Shown here one piece after another: positions 38,046 to 47,707 of a DNA stretch of 64,000 bases. The DNA is taken from NCBI GenBank assembly GCA_009691445.1, contig SICL01000002.1, positions 64,063 through 128,062 on the forward strand, given 5' to 3'. The notes under the pieces were generated by a model, which saw nothing but the letters and a program-made list of their open reading frames with translations, was not told the origin of the DNA and made no database searches. The first letter of the stretch is position 1, and each line of letters begins with the position of its first letter. This DNA is from Candidatus Taenariivivens baikalensis. GTDB taxonomy: Bacteria > Omnitrophota > Omnitrophia > Omnitrophales > Aquincolibacteriaceae. The position numbers and the translations under genes were made by a program.

Positions 38046-39098
38046 TTAATCCTGATTAATAGCATGAATCAAGGTATTCAACCGGGAAAAATGCCTGCGG
38101 TTAAAATTAAAGACAAGCCGGGTCAGATCATGCGTGTGCGGCTCATCGTCTTCCTCAGGGAAAGGATGAGTCACTTGCGTGATGCTTCCCTTTTTGAGCA
38201 GGTCCTTGAAATCCCGGTTAATTTTTTGAAGGCGGAGTTTCGAAATCGGATGCTTCAGCCTCATCACAAAATTATCCCCCACGTAACGGCAGGAATGATA
38301 ATTCCGGTAAAACCGGGCCACAAAATCTGCCGCTTCATCCACATTATGCGTAAAAAAGATGAGCTTCATATCTTCACGGTCAATTAACTTTTTGGCCGCG
38401 AGTTCGGTTTCAAGATAACGTTTCCACATGGACCAGTATTTACTGCCCGGAGGATCAATACAGACAATGGGCCGCGGCGTGGTCTTGCCCGTCTGGACCA
38501 GCGTGAGCGTTTCAAAACCTTCATCATGAGTCCCGAATCCTCCCGGAAAAAGCGCCGTGGAATCGGATTCACTCATAAAAATCAATTTGCGTGTAAAGAA
38601 ATATTTGAAATCAATCAGCTTCTGGTCATCCAGAATGGTTTCATTGGCGGCTTGTTCAAAGGGAAGTTTGATATTCACCCCAAAACTGTTTTCGCGCCCC
38701 GCGCCTTCATTACCCGCGCTCATAATGCCTGAAGCAGCTCCGGTGATCACCATCCATCCTTTATCCACAATCTTTTTAGCAAAGTCCTTGGCCTGCTTAT
38801 ACGCTTTGTCTTCCGGCGGAATTCTTGCGGATCCGAAAATAGCGATTTTGCGCACATGCTTATAAGGATGAAAAATCTTGAACGCGTAACGAAGCTCTTT
38901 CAGCGCAATCGTCAGGAGACGGACATCTCCCCGGTCAATCTCATCACTTTTGAGTTTAACAGCCGTAATGATAATATCTTCCAGAAGCCTGTCATAAATT
39001 GCGGAGCCACCGGCCTGCTCCAAAAGTTTTCTGATCATCTGGTCCAGGGCAGGCAGTCCGGTCGAATAATGATGATGGTGATGCGTTTTCTTTTTCAT
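38046..39098 (-). CDS. LOG-family nucleotide phosphoribohydrolase (TIGR00730-like, extended)
   Basis: IFGSAR, ITGA..GIM, LPFEQ, FKYFFTRK, PGGFGT.DE. Confidence 0.88.
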   Translation of the reverse strand: MKKKTHHHHHYSTGLPALDQMIRKLLEQAGGSAIYDRLLEDIIITAVKLKSDEIDRGDVRLLTIALKELRYAFKIFHPYKHVRKIAIFGSARIPPEDKAYKQAKDFAKKIVDKGWMVITGAASGIMSAGNEGAGRENSFGVNIKLPFEQAANETILDDQKLIDFKYFFTRKLIFMSESDSTALFPGGFGTHDEGFETLTLVQTGKTTPRPIVCIDPPGSKYWSMWKRYLETELAAKKLIDREDMKLIFFTHNVDEAADFVARFYRNYHSCRYVGDNFVMRLKHPISKLRLQKINRDFKDLLKKGSITQVTHPFPEEDDEPHTHDLTRLVFNFNRRHFSRLNTLIHAINQD

Positions 39099-39140
39099 AA
39101 ACTCCTGATACGTCGTTCGTTAAGTGCAGGGATAATTTAA

Positions 39141-39250
39141 AATTGCTTCGCGGAATTTATCCCGAGATTCTTCGCTCCGCTCAAAATGACATCCGCAGGA
39201 CTCGCAATGACGTCATTATGAAAAGTCCTGAAGGGCGATTACACAATCTC
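39141..39250. repeat. Composite permuted REP-like element
   Basis: attgcttcgc...attcttcgctccgctcaaaatgac...ctcgcaatgacgtcatt...caatctc. Confidence 0.75.
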
Positions 39251-39279
39251 TCTAACGCTTGAATATGGCGAACAGTGCA

Positions 39280-40011
39280 CTAACTTGATTTAATGCGCAA
39301 GATCAAATCTCCCTCATGATGACAAGAACCGCAAATTCTCCCCTGCCGGGCGAGCCGGAGCATCTGACCTTCCCGGATATTCGGCGGAATATTCACCGCT
39401 ATTGTTTTACCTTCTGGAGTCTTAAAATTGACCTTTCCGCCCTGCTTGGCCTTTTCCTCAGAGATCTTAAGATTGACTATGATATCGGCCTCGCGCTCCG
39501 GCGCATGAACATTTTCTTCCGCATCATTAGACGATGAAGAAAAACCATAGGGAACGCCGCGGTTGGAACGGGAACTTTGATTTTGATAATTCGCTCCGCC
39601 TGCACCTCGTCCACCGGAGAAAAGATCTTCAAAAATATCATTAAAAGCAGAATACTGATTCCCGCCACGGGATGCGGACGATGAAGATCCGCGGCCCGAT
39701 CCCCCAAACTGTTTCAACAGGTCCTCATAGCTGAATCCCCGCGAACCGGCAAAATTGGACGCGCTACCACCCGCGCCCGGCGTGTTGAAACCGTATTTGC
39801 GCATCTGGTCATACTCGTCTCTGCGTTTCGTGTCTCCAAGCACATAATAGGCCTCAGAGAGTTCTTTGAATTTGGCTTCGGACTGCTTAGAGCCTTTGTT
39901 CTTGTCCGGATGATGCTTGATGGCAAGCTTGCGGTAAATCTTTTTGATTTCTTCTTCGGAAGCTGTTTCCGAAACCCCGAGCACTGCGTAATAATCTTTG
40001 TTTTTCATCAT
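39280..40011 (-). CDS. J-domain protein (CbpA/DnaJ class B-like)
   Basis: DYY.VLGV, HPD motif, G/F-rich linker, short C-terminal domain, no zinc finger. Confidence 0.88.
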   Translation of the reverse strand: MMKNKDYYAVLGVSETASEEEIKKIYRKLAIKHHPDKNKGSKQSEAKFKELSEAYYVLGDTKRRDEYDQMRKYGFNTPGAGGSASNFAGSRGFSYEDLLKQFGGSGRGSSSSASRGGNQYSAFNDIFEDLFSGGRGAGGANYQNQSSRSNRGVPYGFSSSSNDAEENVHAPEREADIIVNLKISEEKAKQGGKVNFKTPEGKTIAVNIPPNIREGQMLRLARQGRICGSCHHEGDLILRIKSS

Positions 40012-40140
40012 TCACCCACTAAAATAATTTACGATTAACTTGAGTGAATTATAGCAACAAAATGAAACCTCGTGGAGATTTCTCTAAACTTAGTGGGCAG
40101 AGGACAGGGCTCTATATCATTGCAGGATTTTAAAAAAAAA

Positions 40141-40213
40141 TCGGGGTGACAGGAATTGAACCTGCGACATCCTGCTCCCAAAGCAGGCGCTCTAGCCCCT
40201 GAGCTACACCCCG
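40141..40213 (-). tRNA. tRNA-Pro(TGG)
   Basis: CGGGGTG..CACCCCGA; anticodon arm CCTGC-TTTGGGA-GCAGG. Confidence 0.93.
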
Positions 40214-40294
40214 TTAGAGGGTGTATTAAAGCCGAAAAAGTCTTAAAATGGAAGAAGCATTTCCGAGGGAAATTCCAGTAGAGTAGAAGGAAGT

Positions 40295-40445
40295 GCTTCC
40301 ATCCGAAACACGCTCAGCCACCGAATCGATTAGGTTCTCGTGTCCGATATTGTCAAAGTATCCTTCAACATCCGCTTCCACAATCCACTCTCCACCCTGA
40401 CTCACACTCATCATGATGTCTCCCATCGCTTGATGGTCACAGAGC
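40295..40445 (-). pseudogene. Group II intron reverse transcriptase fragment
   Basis: HQA...GEWIVEADVEGYFDNIGHENLIDSVAERVSDG matches RT domain 3 of bacterial group II maturases. Confidence 0.75.
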
Positions 40446-40538
40446 ACCAAGCTCCCAATAAAAATCACCATCCGATTTTCAAATCAAGTTTAGGAGTTCG
40501 GTTTTTAAATTTGGAACTTGTTTGGTATTTGAAAATTA

Positions 40539-41621
40539 TCAGAAGATGCTTCTCTCTTTGTGGACACTCAAAATCAGTCCCATTGCAAAGGTGCTTGCCA
40601 CGAGCGAAGAACCTCCGTAACTTACGAATGGCAAAGTAATTCCAGTGATCGGCATAATGCCAAAGGTCATCCCAATATTAATGAAAAGCTGGGAAATTGT
40701 GACCGCTGCAATTCCCGCAATGAGCAACCGCGCTTTGATATCCGTGGTTGCTTCCATAATCTGAAACATCGCCCGGAAAAGAAAGGCATAACAAACAAGC
40801 AAAATAAGCGATCCAAAAAAACCCCACTCCTCCCCGAGCACGCAAAAAATAAAATCCGTATGATGCTCGGGCACAAACTGAAGCTGGCTCTGGGTTCCAG
40901 CCATATAACCTTTTCCGAACAGACCGCCTGAACCCACAGCAATCTTGGCTTGAATCGCGGTATAGCCCGCCCCCAGAGGGTCCTGGTTCGGATCCAGGAA
41001 AACAAGGATACGTTTTTTTTGGTATGGTTTTAGAAATTTCCAGAGAAGCGGAGCCGCTACTCCGCCAATAGCTGTGGCATAAATAAAATAGCGTTTTCGG
41101 ATGCCCCAAAGAAAAAAAAGCACACCGATCATGGGCATAAAAAGCAGAGAGCTTCCCAGGTCCGGCTGTTTAACGATCATCGCCAGCGGAATAAAGACAA
41201 TGATCAGGGCGATGATAATCGTTCCTAACTGCCCTTCACGAGGGCTTCTCTCCCCCAAAAAATTAGCCAAAGCAATGACCGTGGCCAGCTTTGCAAACTC
41301 GGAGGGCTGAAGTGCAAAAGGTCCGAGCGCGATCCAGCGTTGGGCTCCAAGACGGTGGGCTCCCGCAATGTCCACCCAAAGCAGCATTACCAACACGACG
41401 AAATAAAATACCGGCCCCAAACTCAGAAACGTGCGATACCCAAACATTGGCACCATCAAAAGAACGGCGAGACCCACTCCGGTCCAAAAAAGCTGGCGAG
41501 TAATATAAGACGTGGTGTCATAATGCGAAGCGCTGTGGATGAAAACCGTGCCGATACCGATCAAACCGGCCATCGCAAAAATGAGCGGCCAGTGAAGCTG
41601 CTTAAACCATCTGAGGAGCAT
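40539..41621 (-). CDS. rodA: Rod shape-determining protein RodA
   Basis: GAQRWI, QPSEFAK, QPDLG, AVGSGG..GKG, PE.HTDFIF, LPFVSYGGSS. Confidence 0.95.
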   Translation of the reverse strand: MLLRWFKQLHWPLIFAMAGLIGIGTVFIHSASHYDTTSYITRQLFWTGVGLAVLLMVPMFGYRTFLSLGPVFYFVVLVMLLWVDIAGAHRLGAQRWIALGPFALQPSEFAKLATVIALANFLGERSPREGQLGTIIIALIIVFIPLAMIVKQPDLGSSLLFMPMIGVLFFLWGIRKRYFIYATAIGGVAAPLLWKFLKPYQKKRILVFLDPNQDPLGAGYTAIQAKIAVGSGGLFGKGYMAGTQSQLQFVPEHHTDFIFCVLGEEWGFFGSLILLVCYAFLFRAMFQIMEATTDIKARLLIAGIAAVTISQLFINIGMTFGIMPITGITLPFVSYGGSSLVASTFAMGLILSVHKERSIF

Positions 41622-43317
41622 ACATATCCCTCCAGACTTTTAGCATGTCTTTGACAATCCGGGCAGCGGTAATTCCCCCCGACCCCCCGTGCTCCACAAA
41701 AACGACAAAAGCAATCTTCGGAGCGTTATAAGGAAAAAATCCGGTCATCCAGCTATGGGCTTTGTTTGGCGGCGCCTGAGCCGTTCCAGTTTTAGCCGCA
41801 AGCTGCGTGAAATCCACACGCGCAAGCTGCCCGGTTCCATAAGGAGATTCCACAACATGAAGCATACCTCGTTTGATCACCTTGATATTTTCTTCGCGGA
41901 TTTCCACACGGTCCTCCACCCTCTCTGGATTTTCTTCCACAACAAAGCGAGGTTCCACGTGTTGGCCATTTTTTGCAATAATGGAAACAAGCCGAAGGAT
42001 TTGCAGCGGCGTGGTTAGCAGATACCCCTGGCCGATTCCAAAGGTCAGGGTTTCACCCTGATACCATTTGGCTTTTATTTTCTTTGTTTTCCAGGCAGAG
42101 TCGGGCACCAGGCCCGGAGAAATATTGGTCGCATCGAGCTTCATTTTTTCTCCCAGCCCAAGCTCACGGGCATAGCGGGCAATATCTTCCGGAGAAAGCC
42201 GGGACGCCACATTATAGAAATAGACGTTGCAGGAACGTTCCAGGGCTTCATAAAGATTTAAACTGCCGTGTCCCTGATGGTTCCAGCAATGAAACGGACG
42301 GGATCCGGAATTTAAACGAAACGATCCATTACAAACAAACCGCGTGTTGGGCGTTATCTTTCCGGTCTCAAGCCCCGCGATCGCCGTCACCAATTTAAAG
42401 ACTGAACCCGGAGGATAGGCTGAGCTTATCCCCCGGTCCATCAGAGGCGCTTCCTCATCCTTAAGAAGATGAGCGCGATCCTTGGCTCGACCTGGCTGAA
42501 CAAACGCATTAGGATCAAACGCCGGTCGACTGGCCATTGCCATAAGATTTTGGGAATCAAGATCTAAAACCGCGACGGAAGCATGATCCCCCTTGATGAT
42601 CTGCATAATCCGTTTTTGAAACTCAAGGTCAATAGTGATTGTCAGATCCTTCCCCGGCTCCGGATATTTTTCCCGAAGGACTTTGACCATTTCGCCTTTC
42701 GCATTGACCTCGACTTGCTTGCCCCCGCGCCATCCCCTGAGTTCGCCATCATAAATCTTTTCAAGTCCCGCGCGCCCAATGACGGAATTCATCCCGTAAC
42801 GCTCGCGGTCAAGTTTCTGATACTCACCTTCATTAATCTTTCCAATATAGCCAATAATATGGGAAGCGGTTTCTCCGTAAGGATAGTAGCGCATACTGGA
42901 AACACGGATCATGATCCCGGGAAGCTCGGCCCGGCGCTCTTCAATTTGAAAGGCCAGTTCTTTGGGGATATCCTCCTCCACCATCGCAGGCGCAAAACGA
43001 TATTCACGTTTACTCTTAACACGACGTCGAAGTTCAGACTCTGGAATTTTGAGAAGTTTGGAAAGTAATGGAAAAATCTGGGGTGAAATATCTTCAGGAG
43101 CCGCCACAACATCGAACGACGGCCGGTTCGTAACCAAAATATTTTTCTTACTGTCAAAAACACGCCCGCGGGGGGCTTCAAGAGGAATTAAACGAATCCT
43201 GTTTTTTTCACTGATATTCCGATACCGCTCTCCCTGAAAAACCTGCGTATAAAATAGTCCCGATGCCAAACCCATGAGTCCGAGATAGCAAGCACCAATA
43301 AAAAGACGGGTTCTCAT
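41602..43317 (-). CDS. mrdA: Penicillin-binding protein 2
   Basis: APRG, RYYP, PGSVFK, SCN, KTGT motifs. Confidence 0.95.
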   Translation of the reverse strand: MRTRLFIGACYLGLMGLASGLFYTQVFQGERYRNISEKNRIRLIPLEAPRGRVFDSKKNILVTNRPSFDVVAAPEDISPQIFPLLSKLLKIPESELRRRVKSKREYRFAPAMVEEDIPKELAFQIEERRAELPGIMIRVSSMRYYPYGETASHIIGYIGKINEGEYQKLDRERYGMNSVIGRAGLEKIYDGELRGWRGGKQVEVNAKGEMVKVLREKYPEPGKDLTITIDLEFQKRIMQIIKGDHASVAVLDLDSQNLMAMASRPAFDPNAFVQPGRAKDRAHLLKDEEAPLMDRGISSAYPPGSVFKLVTAIAGLETGKITPNTRFVCNGSFRLNSGSRPFHCWNHQGHGSLNLYEALERSCNVYFYNVASRLSPEDIARYARELGLGEKMKLDATNISPGLVPDSAWKTKKIKAKWYQGETLTFGIGQGYLLTTPLQILRLVSIIAKNGQHVEPRFVVEENPERVEDRVEIREENIKVIKRGMLHVVESPYGTGQLARVDFTQLAAKTGTAQAPPNKAHSWMTGFFPYNAPKIAFVVFVEHGGSGGITAARIVKDMLKVWRDMYAPQMV

Positions 43318-43321
43318 ACGG

Positions 43322-43834
43322 TCAGGCGTAAGGATATCGGGAGATGTAAAAGTCCTTCTTGAACCAACGATTGGCCAAAAAGAAAAAGACCGGCATAAAG
43401 CCGGCTGTCCAGAAACTTATCCATAGGGCCATTCGCATTTGAACCCAGGAAAAAACAACGGTCTGGTTTGCGATATGCGTCAAAATTCCGACCAAAAGGA
43501 AAACGCTCTGGACAAAAATAAAAGTGCCGATCCATTTCCCCATCCAAGAGTTGGAGGAGATTTTTTGGACATACACATTCAACCCCAGAGTGGTTAGAAA
43601 AAGCGCCGCCGTCTCCACTCCAAACGGCTGAAGCGTCATCGCATCCCGGAGCAGTCCGACCATCACCGCTGCCAGCAACGTTTTACTCCAATGCCATTCA
43701 AAAGCAACGTAAACCACAAATAAATAAAGAGCAACAGGACGCACCGTTCCCAACAAAGAAGGAAAAATACTCAGATCCAAAACTAAAAGAAAGATCAAAA
43801 AAGCGGCTACTTTTGCCGAGAGGAGCCGAGGCAT
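43322..43834 (-). CDS. mreD: Rod shape-determining protein MreD
   Basis: Hydrophobic 170 aa, GLLRD, between mreC and mrdA. Confidence 0.8.
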   Translation of the reverse strand: MPRLLSAKVAAFLIFLLVLDLSIFPSLLGTVRPVALYLFVVYVAFEWHWSKTLLAAVMVGLLRDAMTLQPFGVETAALFLTTLGLNVYVQKISSNSWMGKWIGTFIFVQSVFLLVGILTHIANQTVVFSWVQMRMALWISFWTAGFMPVFFFLANRWFKKDFYISRYPYA

Positions 43835-44607
43835 AGGACTTCCTCCAATTTGGAAAATCGCACATAAGGATCTACCTGAGCGAGAAGATGAAGCCCATCC
43901 AGACTTTTAGAGATGGCGCTAATTTTTCCAATCCGAAGCCCCTTGGGAAAAAGCTCGCCGACACCCGAAGTCAGAACGTCTTCACCCACTTGCACGCCGC
44001 TATCCAAATCAAGATACAGCATGGAAAGTTTCTGGGATCCATCCCCAGCAGCAACCCCCTGTGAGCGGCTCTCACTGGTGACGACACTTACTCGCGCTTC
44101 TGGATCCGTTAGCAAAATTCCACGCGACGCGGAGGGAGCCGACTGAAGGACTCTTCCGACCAACCCCTCGGAAACAATGATAGCCATATCTTTTTTGACG
44201 TGTTCTTTGGTCCCTTTATCCAATAGGATCATTTTCCGGAGCAATGAGGGGTCCCACCCAATCACACGGGCAGCCACTGGCTTAGCGGAAAGTGTGTCAC
44301 GAAAAATAAGTAGTTTTTTCAGTCGCTGATTTTCTTTTTCAAGCTCCTGATGTCTAAGGATTTGAGACTGCAAGCGTTCAATTTCATCCTGGGCAAACTG
44401 ATTTTGACGAAAGGTCTCCAAAAAAAGCAAAAGGCTTCCTTGGGTATCATGCGTTATTTGCGTTAACCGGTTTCCGCTTTCGATAAACGGTTTCATCAGG
44501 GCAAGCGAGGCCGTATGGATTGATTCCGAGGTCTGAGGATTTTGCAGAAAGAAAAAGAGCGGCAGTGAAAAGGCGGCGAAGAAAAAGTACCGTTTTTGTT
44601 GGCGCAT
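43807..44607 (-). CDS. mreC: Rod shape-determining protein MreC
   Basis: ENQRLKKLL, GLVGRV, TSG.G.LFPKGL.IG. Confidence 0.92.
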   Translation of the reverse strand: MRQQKRYFFFAAFSLPLFFFLQNPQTSESIHTASLALMKPFIESGNRLTQITHDTQGSLLLFLETFRQNQFAQDEIERLQSQILRHQELEKENQRLKKLLIFRDTLSAKPVAARVIGWDPSLLRKMILLDKGTKEHVKKDMAIIVSEGLVGRVLQSAPSASRGILLTDPEARVSVVTSESRSQGVAAGDGSQKLSMLYLDLDSGVQVGEDVLTSGVGELFPKGLRIGKISAISKSLDGLHLLAQVDPYVRFSKLEEVLCLGSSRQK

Positions 44608-44864
44608 GCCGCAAATTATACGCGTATCTGTGCATTCTGAGAATTGAAATTTTAAAAAAATTCTAAAAATTGAATTTCAAAATATTGAACTTTTTAAAAT
44701 TCATACTAAGAAAGGTTATTAAATTCCAATCCCAATGGAAAAGAAACAAAGCTCAAAGGATTTACTGGAAGAGATCATAATGAGCGGATATTTTTGAATT
44801 TTCCGTCAGAGGAAGGATCCGCCGACGCTGTTTGGTGGAGGCGCGTGAGTTTTTGGATTAACTC

Positions 44865-45917
44865 TTAGTAGCTTCGAGTATTAGAAGAATTGACCGCAAG
44901 ACGTTTGAGCAGGTGGAAATCACTTAAATAACGACCGGTTCCCATAGCTACAGCCGTTAAAGGATCATCGGCGACATGGACTGGAAGACCTGTCTCTTCA
45001 CTAATAAGCTTATCCAACCCTCGAAGCAACGCGCCGCCTCCGGCAAGAACAAGGCCGCGGTCAATCAGATCCGCAGAAAGCTCAGGAGGCGTGCGCTCAA
45101 GAGCAATCCGAACGGCTTCAAGAATTGTGGAAAGTGGTTCTGCCAAGGCCTCGCGGATTTCTTCACTGGTAATGGTCACGGTCTTAGGAAGACCGGCTAG
45201 AATGTCACGTCCTTTAACTTCGAGCGTCAGTTCTTGTTCAAGAGGATAGGCAGAACCGATCCGGATTTTGATTTCTTCCGCGGTTCGTTCTCCGATCATG
45301 AGGTTGTAGGCCTTTTTCAGGTGCATCACAATCGCATCATCAAATTCATCGCCGCCGATGCGGATGCTTTTTGAAAAAACAATTCCGGCCAAGGAAATGA
45401 CCGCAATTTCGGTGGTCCCGCCGCCAATATCAATAATCATATTTCCCGAGGGCTCTTGGATGGGAAGTCCGACACCGATTGCAGCCGCAATGGGTTCTTC
45501 CACAAGATAAACAGGTGTGCGCGCGCCCGCTCTTTCGGCAGAATCTTTCACAGCACGTTTCTCTACTTCTGTGATACCGCTTGGAACTGCGATGACAACG
45601 CGGGGAGAAACAAGACGGTTTTTGCGGTGAACTTTGCGGATAAAATAGCGCAGCATTGCCTCGGTAATATCGAAATCGGCAATCACGCCGTCTTTCATCG
45701 GACGGATCGCCGTAATGTTTCCGGGAGTACGTCCCAGCATTCTTTTGGCTTCTTCTCCCACAGCAAGAACAGTACCCGTGGAACGATCAATCGCAACAAC
45801 CGAAGGCTCGCAAAGCACAACGCCCTGACCCTTGACGTAAACAAGTGTGTTCGCAGTTCCGAGATCAATTCCAATATCGCTAGAGAAAAATGCCAACACG
45901 CGGTCAAGCAAGAACAT
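44865..45917 (-). CDS. mreB: Actin-like protein MreB
   Basis: [36 protein letters not shown]. Confidence 0.97.
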   Translation of the reverse strand: MFLLDRVLAFFSSDIGIDLGTANTLVYVKGQGVVLCEPSVVAIDRSTGTVLAVGEEAKRMLGRTPGNITAIRPMKDGVIADFDITEAMLRYFIRKVHRKNRLVSPRVVIAVPSGITEVEKRAVKDSAERAGARTPVYLVEEPIAAAIGVGLPIQEPSGNMIIDIGGGTTEIAVISLAGIVFSKSIRIGGDEFDDAIVMHLKKAYNLMIGERTAEEIKIRIGSAYPLEQELTLEVKGRDILAGLPKTVTITSEEIREALAEPLSTILEAVRIALERTPPELSADLIDRGLVLAGGGALLRGLDKLISEETGLPVHVADDPLTAVAMGTGRYLSDFHLLKRLAVNSSNTRSY

Positions 45918-45959
45918 GGGTCTTAATTCCTTTTGTGGGTAAGGTTTTGAAGCGGGCCC

Positions 45960-45988
45960 AGTATATCGAAATCACTCTACCCTGTCAA
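45960..45988 (-). promoter_or_regulatory. sigma70-type promoter of mreB
   Basis: TTGACA-17 nt-TATACT. Confidence 0.75.
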
Positions 45989-46011
45989 CGAGTACGTTCC
46001 CGTTTTTGATC

Positions 46012-46120
46012 GTCATCCTGAACGAAGTGTCCGCCGAAGGACGGATCCGTCCGACGAATTGTGGCCGAAAGGCTCTTTAAGCGCCTGAATAAAAATTCTT
46101 CGCCGCGGGCTCAGAATGAC
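46012..46120. repeat. GTCATCCTGA REP-like palindrome with 39 bp inner insert
   Basis: gtcatcctgaacgaagtg[tccgccgaaggacggatccgtccgacgaattgtggccga]aaggctct...gctcagaatgac. Confidence 0.85.
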
Positions 46121-46144
46121 AAATAGGGTCAGGAGAAAAAGGAA

Positions 46145-47440
46145 TCAACGGTTTTTTTTCAGCCGTTCAAACTCCTCAAAAAAAGAAGGAAAAGAGGTTG
46201 CTACGCATGTTACATCATCAATAATCATGTCTCCCTGTGTCATCAGGGAGGCTATGGAAAAACTCATGGCAGTGCGGTGATCCCAATGAGTTTGAATCCG
46301 GCTGCCCTGAAAATGAGAAACTCCACGGATAAGACAGCCGTCCGCAAGTTCCTCGGCATTGGCTCCTACCGCTTTCAAATTTTGAACCATGGACTGGATA
46401 CGGTCACTTTCCTTCACCCTCAACTCTTGGGCTCCGGAGACCAAACTTTCTCCCTCTGCAAGGGCCATTGCTATCATCAGAATAGGAAGTTCATCAATCA
46501 GACTTGGAATTTCTTCCGGAGCCACACGCGTCCCATTGAGCCTCCGGCCCTCCACACGAATAGTTCCCATAGGTTCCGGTAATTCCTGAGTCATATGAAT
46601 CTCCAAAAAAGCCCCCATCCGCTTTAAAACATTCAAAAAACCGGTACGCGTAGGGTTCAAACAAACATTCTCCACTTCCAGAGAAGAGCCGGGCGCCATG
46701 GCTGCCCCTACGATAAAAAAAGCTGCTGCCGACATATCGCCAGGAATCTCACCTGAAACAGCCTTTAATCGTTCCGTTTTTTCAATATGAAGAACATTTC
46801 CCTCTTTTTTGAACTCAGCACCGCAAGCGTAAAGAAACCGCTCCGTATGATCACGCGATGGAAGTTTTTCAATCACGCGAGTGGTACCCTCAGCCTGCAG
46901 ACCTGCCAATAAAATCGCTGATTTAACCTGAGCACTCGCAAGCACGTTATCATATTCAATCGCCCTGAGATTACCCCCGCGAATGGTAAGAGGAGAAAAA
47001 TTCGCGTCCGCACTTCCTTTAATCTGGGCGCCCATTTTTTTGAGAGGCTGCGTGACCCTCTTCATTGGACGTTTGGATAAAGATGGATCTCCGGAAAGCA
47101 CGACTTCCAGTTTCTGCCCGGCTAAAATCCCAAGAAGAAGTCTCATGCTTGTTCCTGAATTACCAAGATTAATTTCCGCAGAAGGCCGCTTCAAACCTTG
47201 AAGACCGACACCATGAATGGTAATTTTCCCTTTTCCTTTTTCGTAATCCATAAGAACGCCCATCGCTTGAAATGCCTGCATCGTATGAAGACAATCCTCG
47301 GCTTCAAGAAAATGAGAGAAGGAACTATTCCCTTCGGCTAGGGCTCCAAACATCACAGCACGGTGAGAAATCGATTTATCGCCGGGAGGAATAAGCCGGC
47401 CTTGCAACGTTTTGGAAGGAGGAATCACCAGAGACTTCAT
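46145..47440 (-). CDS. aroA: EPSP synthase, class II
   Basis: PGDKSISHR, GNSGT, KRPM.RV, SAQVKS, RDHTE, LRVKESDR, DHR. Confidence 0.96.
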   Translation of the reverse strand: MKSLVIPPSKTLQGRLIPPGDKSISHRAVMFGALAEGNSSFSHFLEAEDCLHTMQAFQAMGVLMDYEKGKGKITIHGVGLQGLKRPSAEINLGNSGTSMRLLLGILAGQKLEVVLSGDPSLSKRPMKRVTQPLKKMGAQIKGSADANFSPLTIRGGNLRAIEYDNVLASAQVKSAILLAGLQAEGTTRVIEKLPSRDHTERFLYACGAEFKKEGNVLHIEKTERLKAVSGEIPGDMSAAAFFIVGAAMAPGSSLEVENVCLNPTRTGFLNVLKRMGAFLEIHMTQELPEPMGTIRVEGRRLNGTRVAPEEIPSLIDELPILMIAMALAEGESLVSGAQELRVKESDRIQSMVQNLKAVGANAEELADGCLIRGVSHFQGSRIQTHWDHRTAMSFSIASLMTQGDMIIDDVTCVATSFPSFFEEFERLKKNR

Positions 47441-47452
47441 AGAAGAAAGCAA

Positions 47453-47707
47453 CTAGCCCCGATGGGCCCAGACTTTAAGGGTATCAAGTTTTTCTGAAAG
47501 TTCTTGGATTTTACTCAGAAGAGATGTCTGTTGTTTCTGGATTTCATCAAGTTTTTTCTCCAAACCTTCGATGCGCGGCATCATAATATCCTGTGTATTT
47601 GCAGCTTGGGAGGATGGCGAACAAAATAAAAAACTTAACGCAAGAAGAACTAGAAGGAAAAGATCAAGCCGCTTTGGTGATTGAATCACCCACTTCAATG
47701 GGCGCAT
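47453..47707 (-). CDS. Small exported coiled-coil protein
   Basis: Signal peptide ending SQA-A, then heptad LEKKLDEIQKQQ..IQELSEKL. Confidence 0.6.
   Translation of the reverse strand: MRPLKWVIQSPKRLDLFLLVLLALSFLFCSPSSQAANTQDIMMPRIEGLEKKLDEIQKQQTSLLSKIQELSEKLDTLKVWAHRG

Noticed and set aside
39066-39085. His-run at the LOG protein N-terminus as a metal-binding module
   Set aside because: Five His in a likely disordered leader, with no further support
40226-40471. Functional retron, DGR or RT defence gene
   Set aside because: Only about 45 RT-like residues, no catalytic YADD motif, no template/variable repeat pair seen
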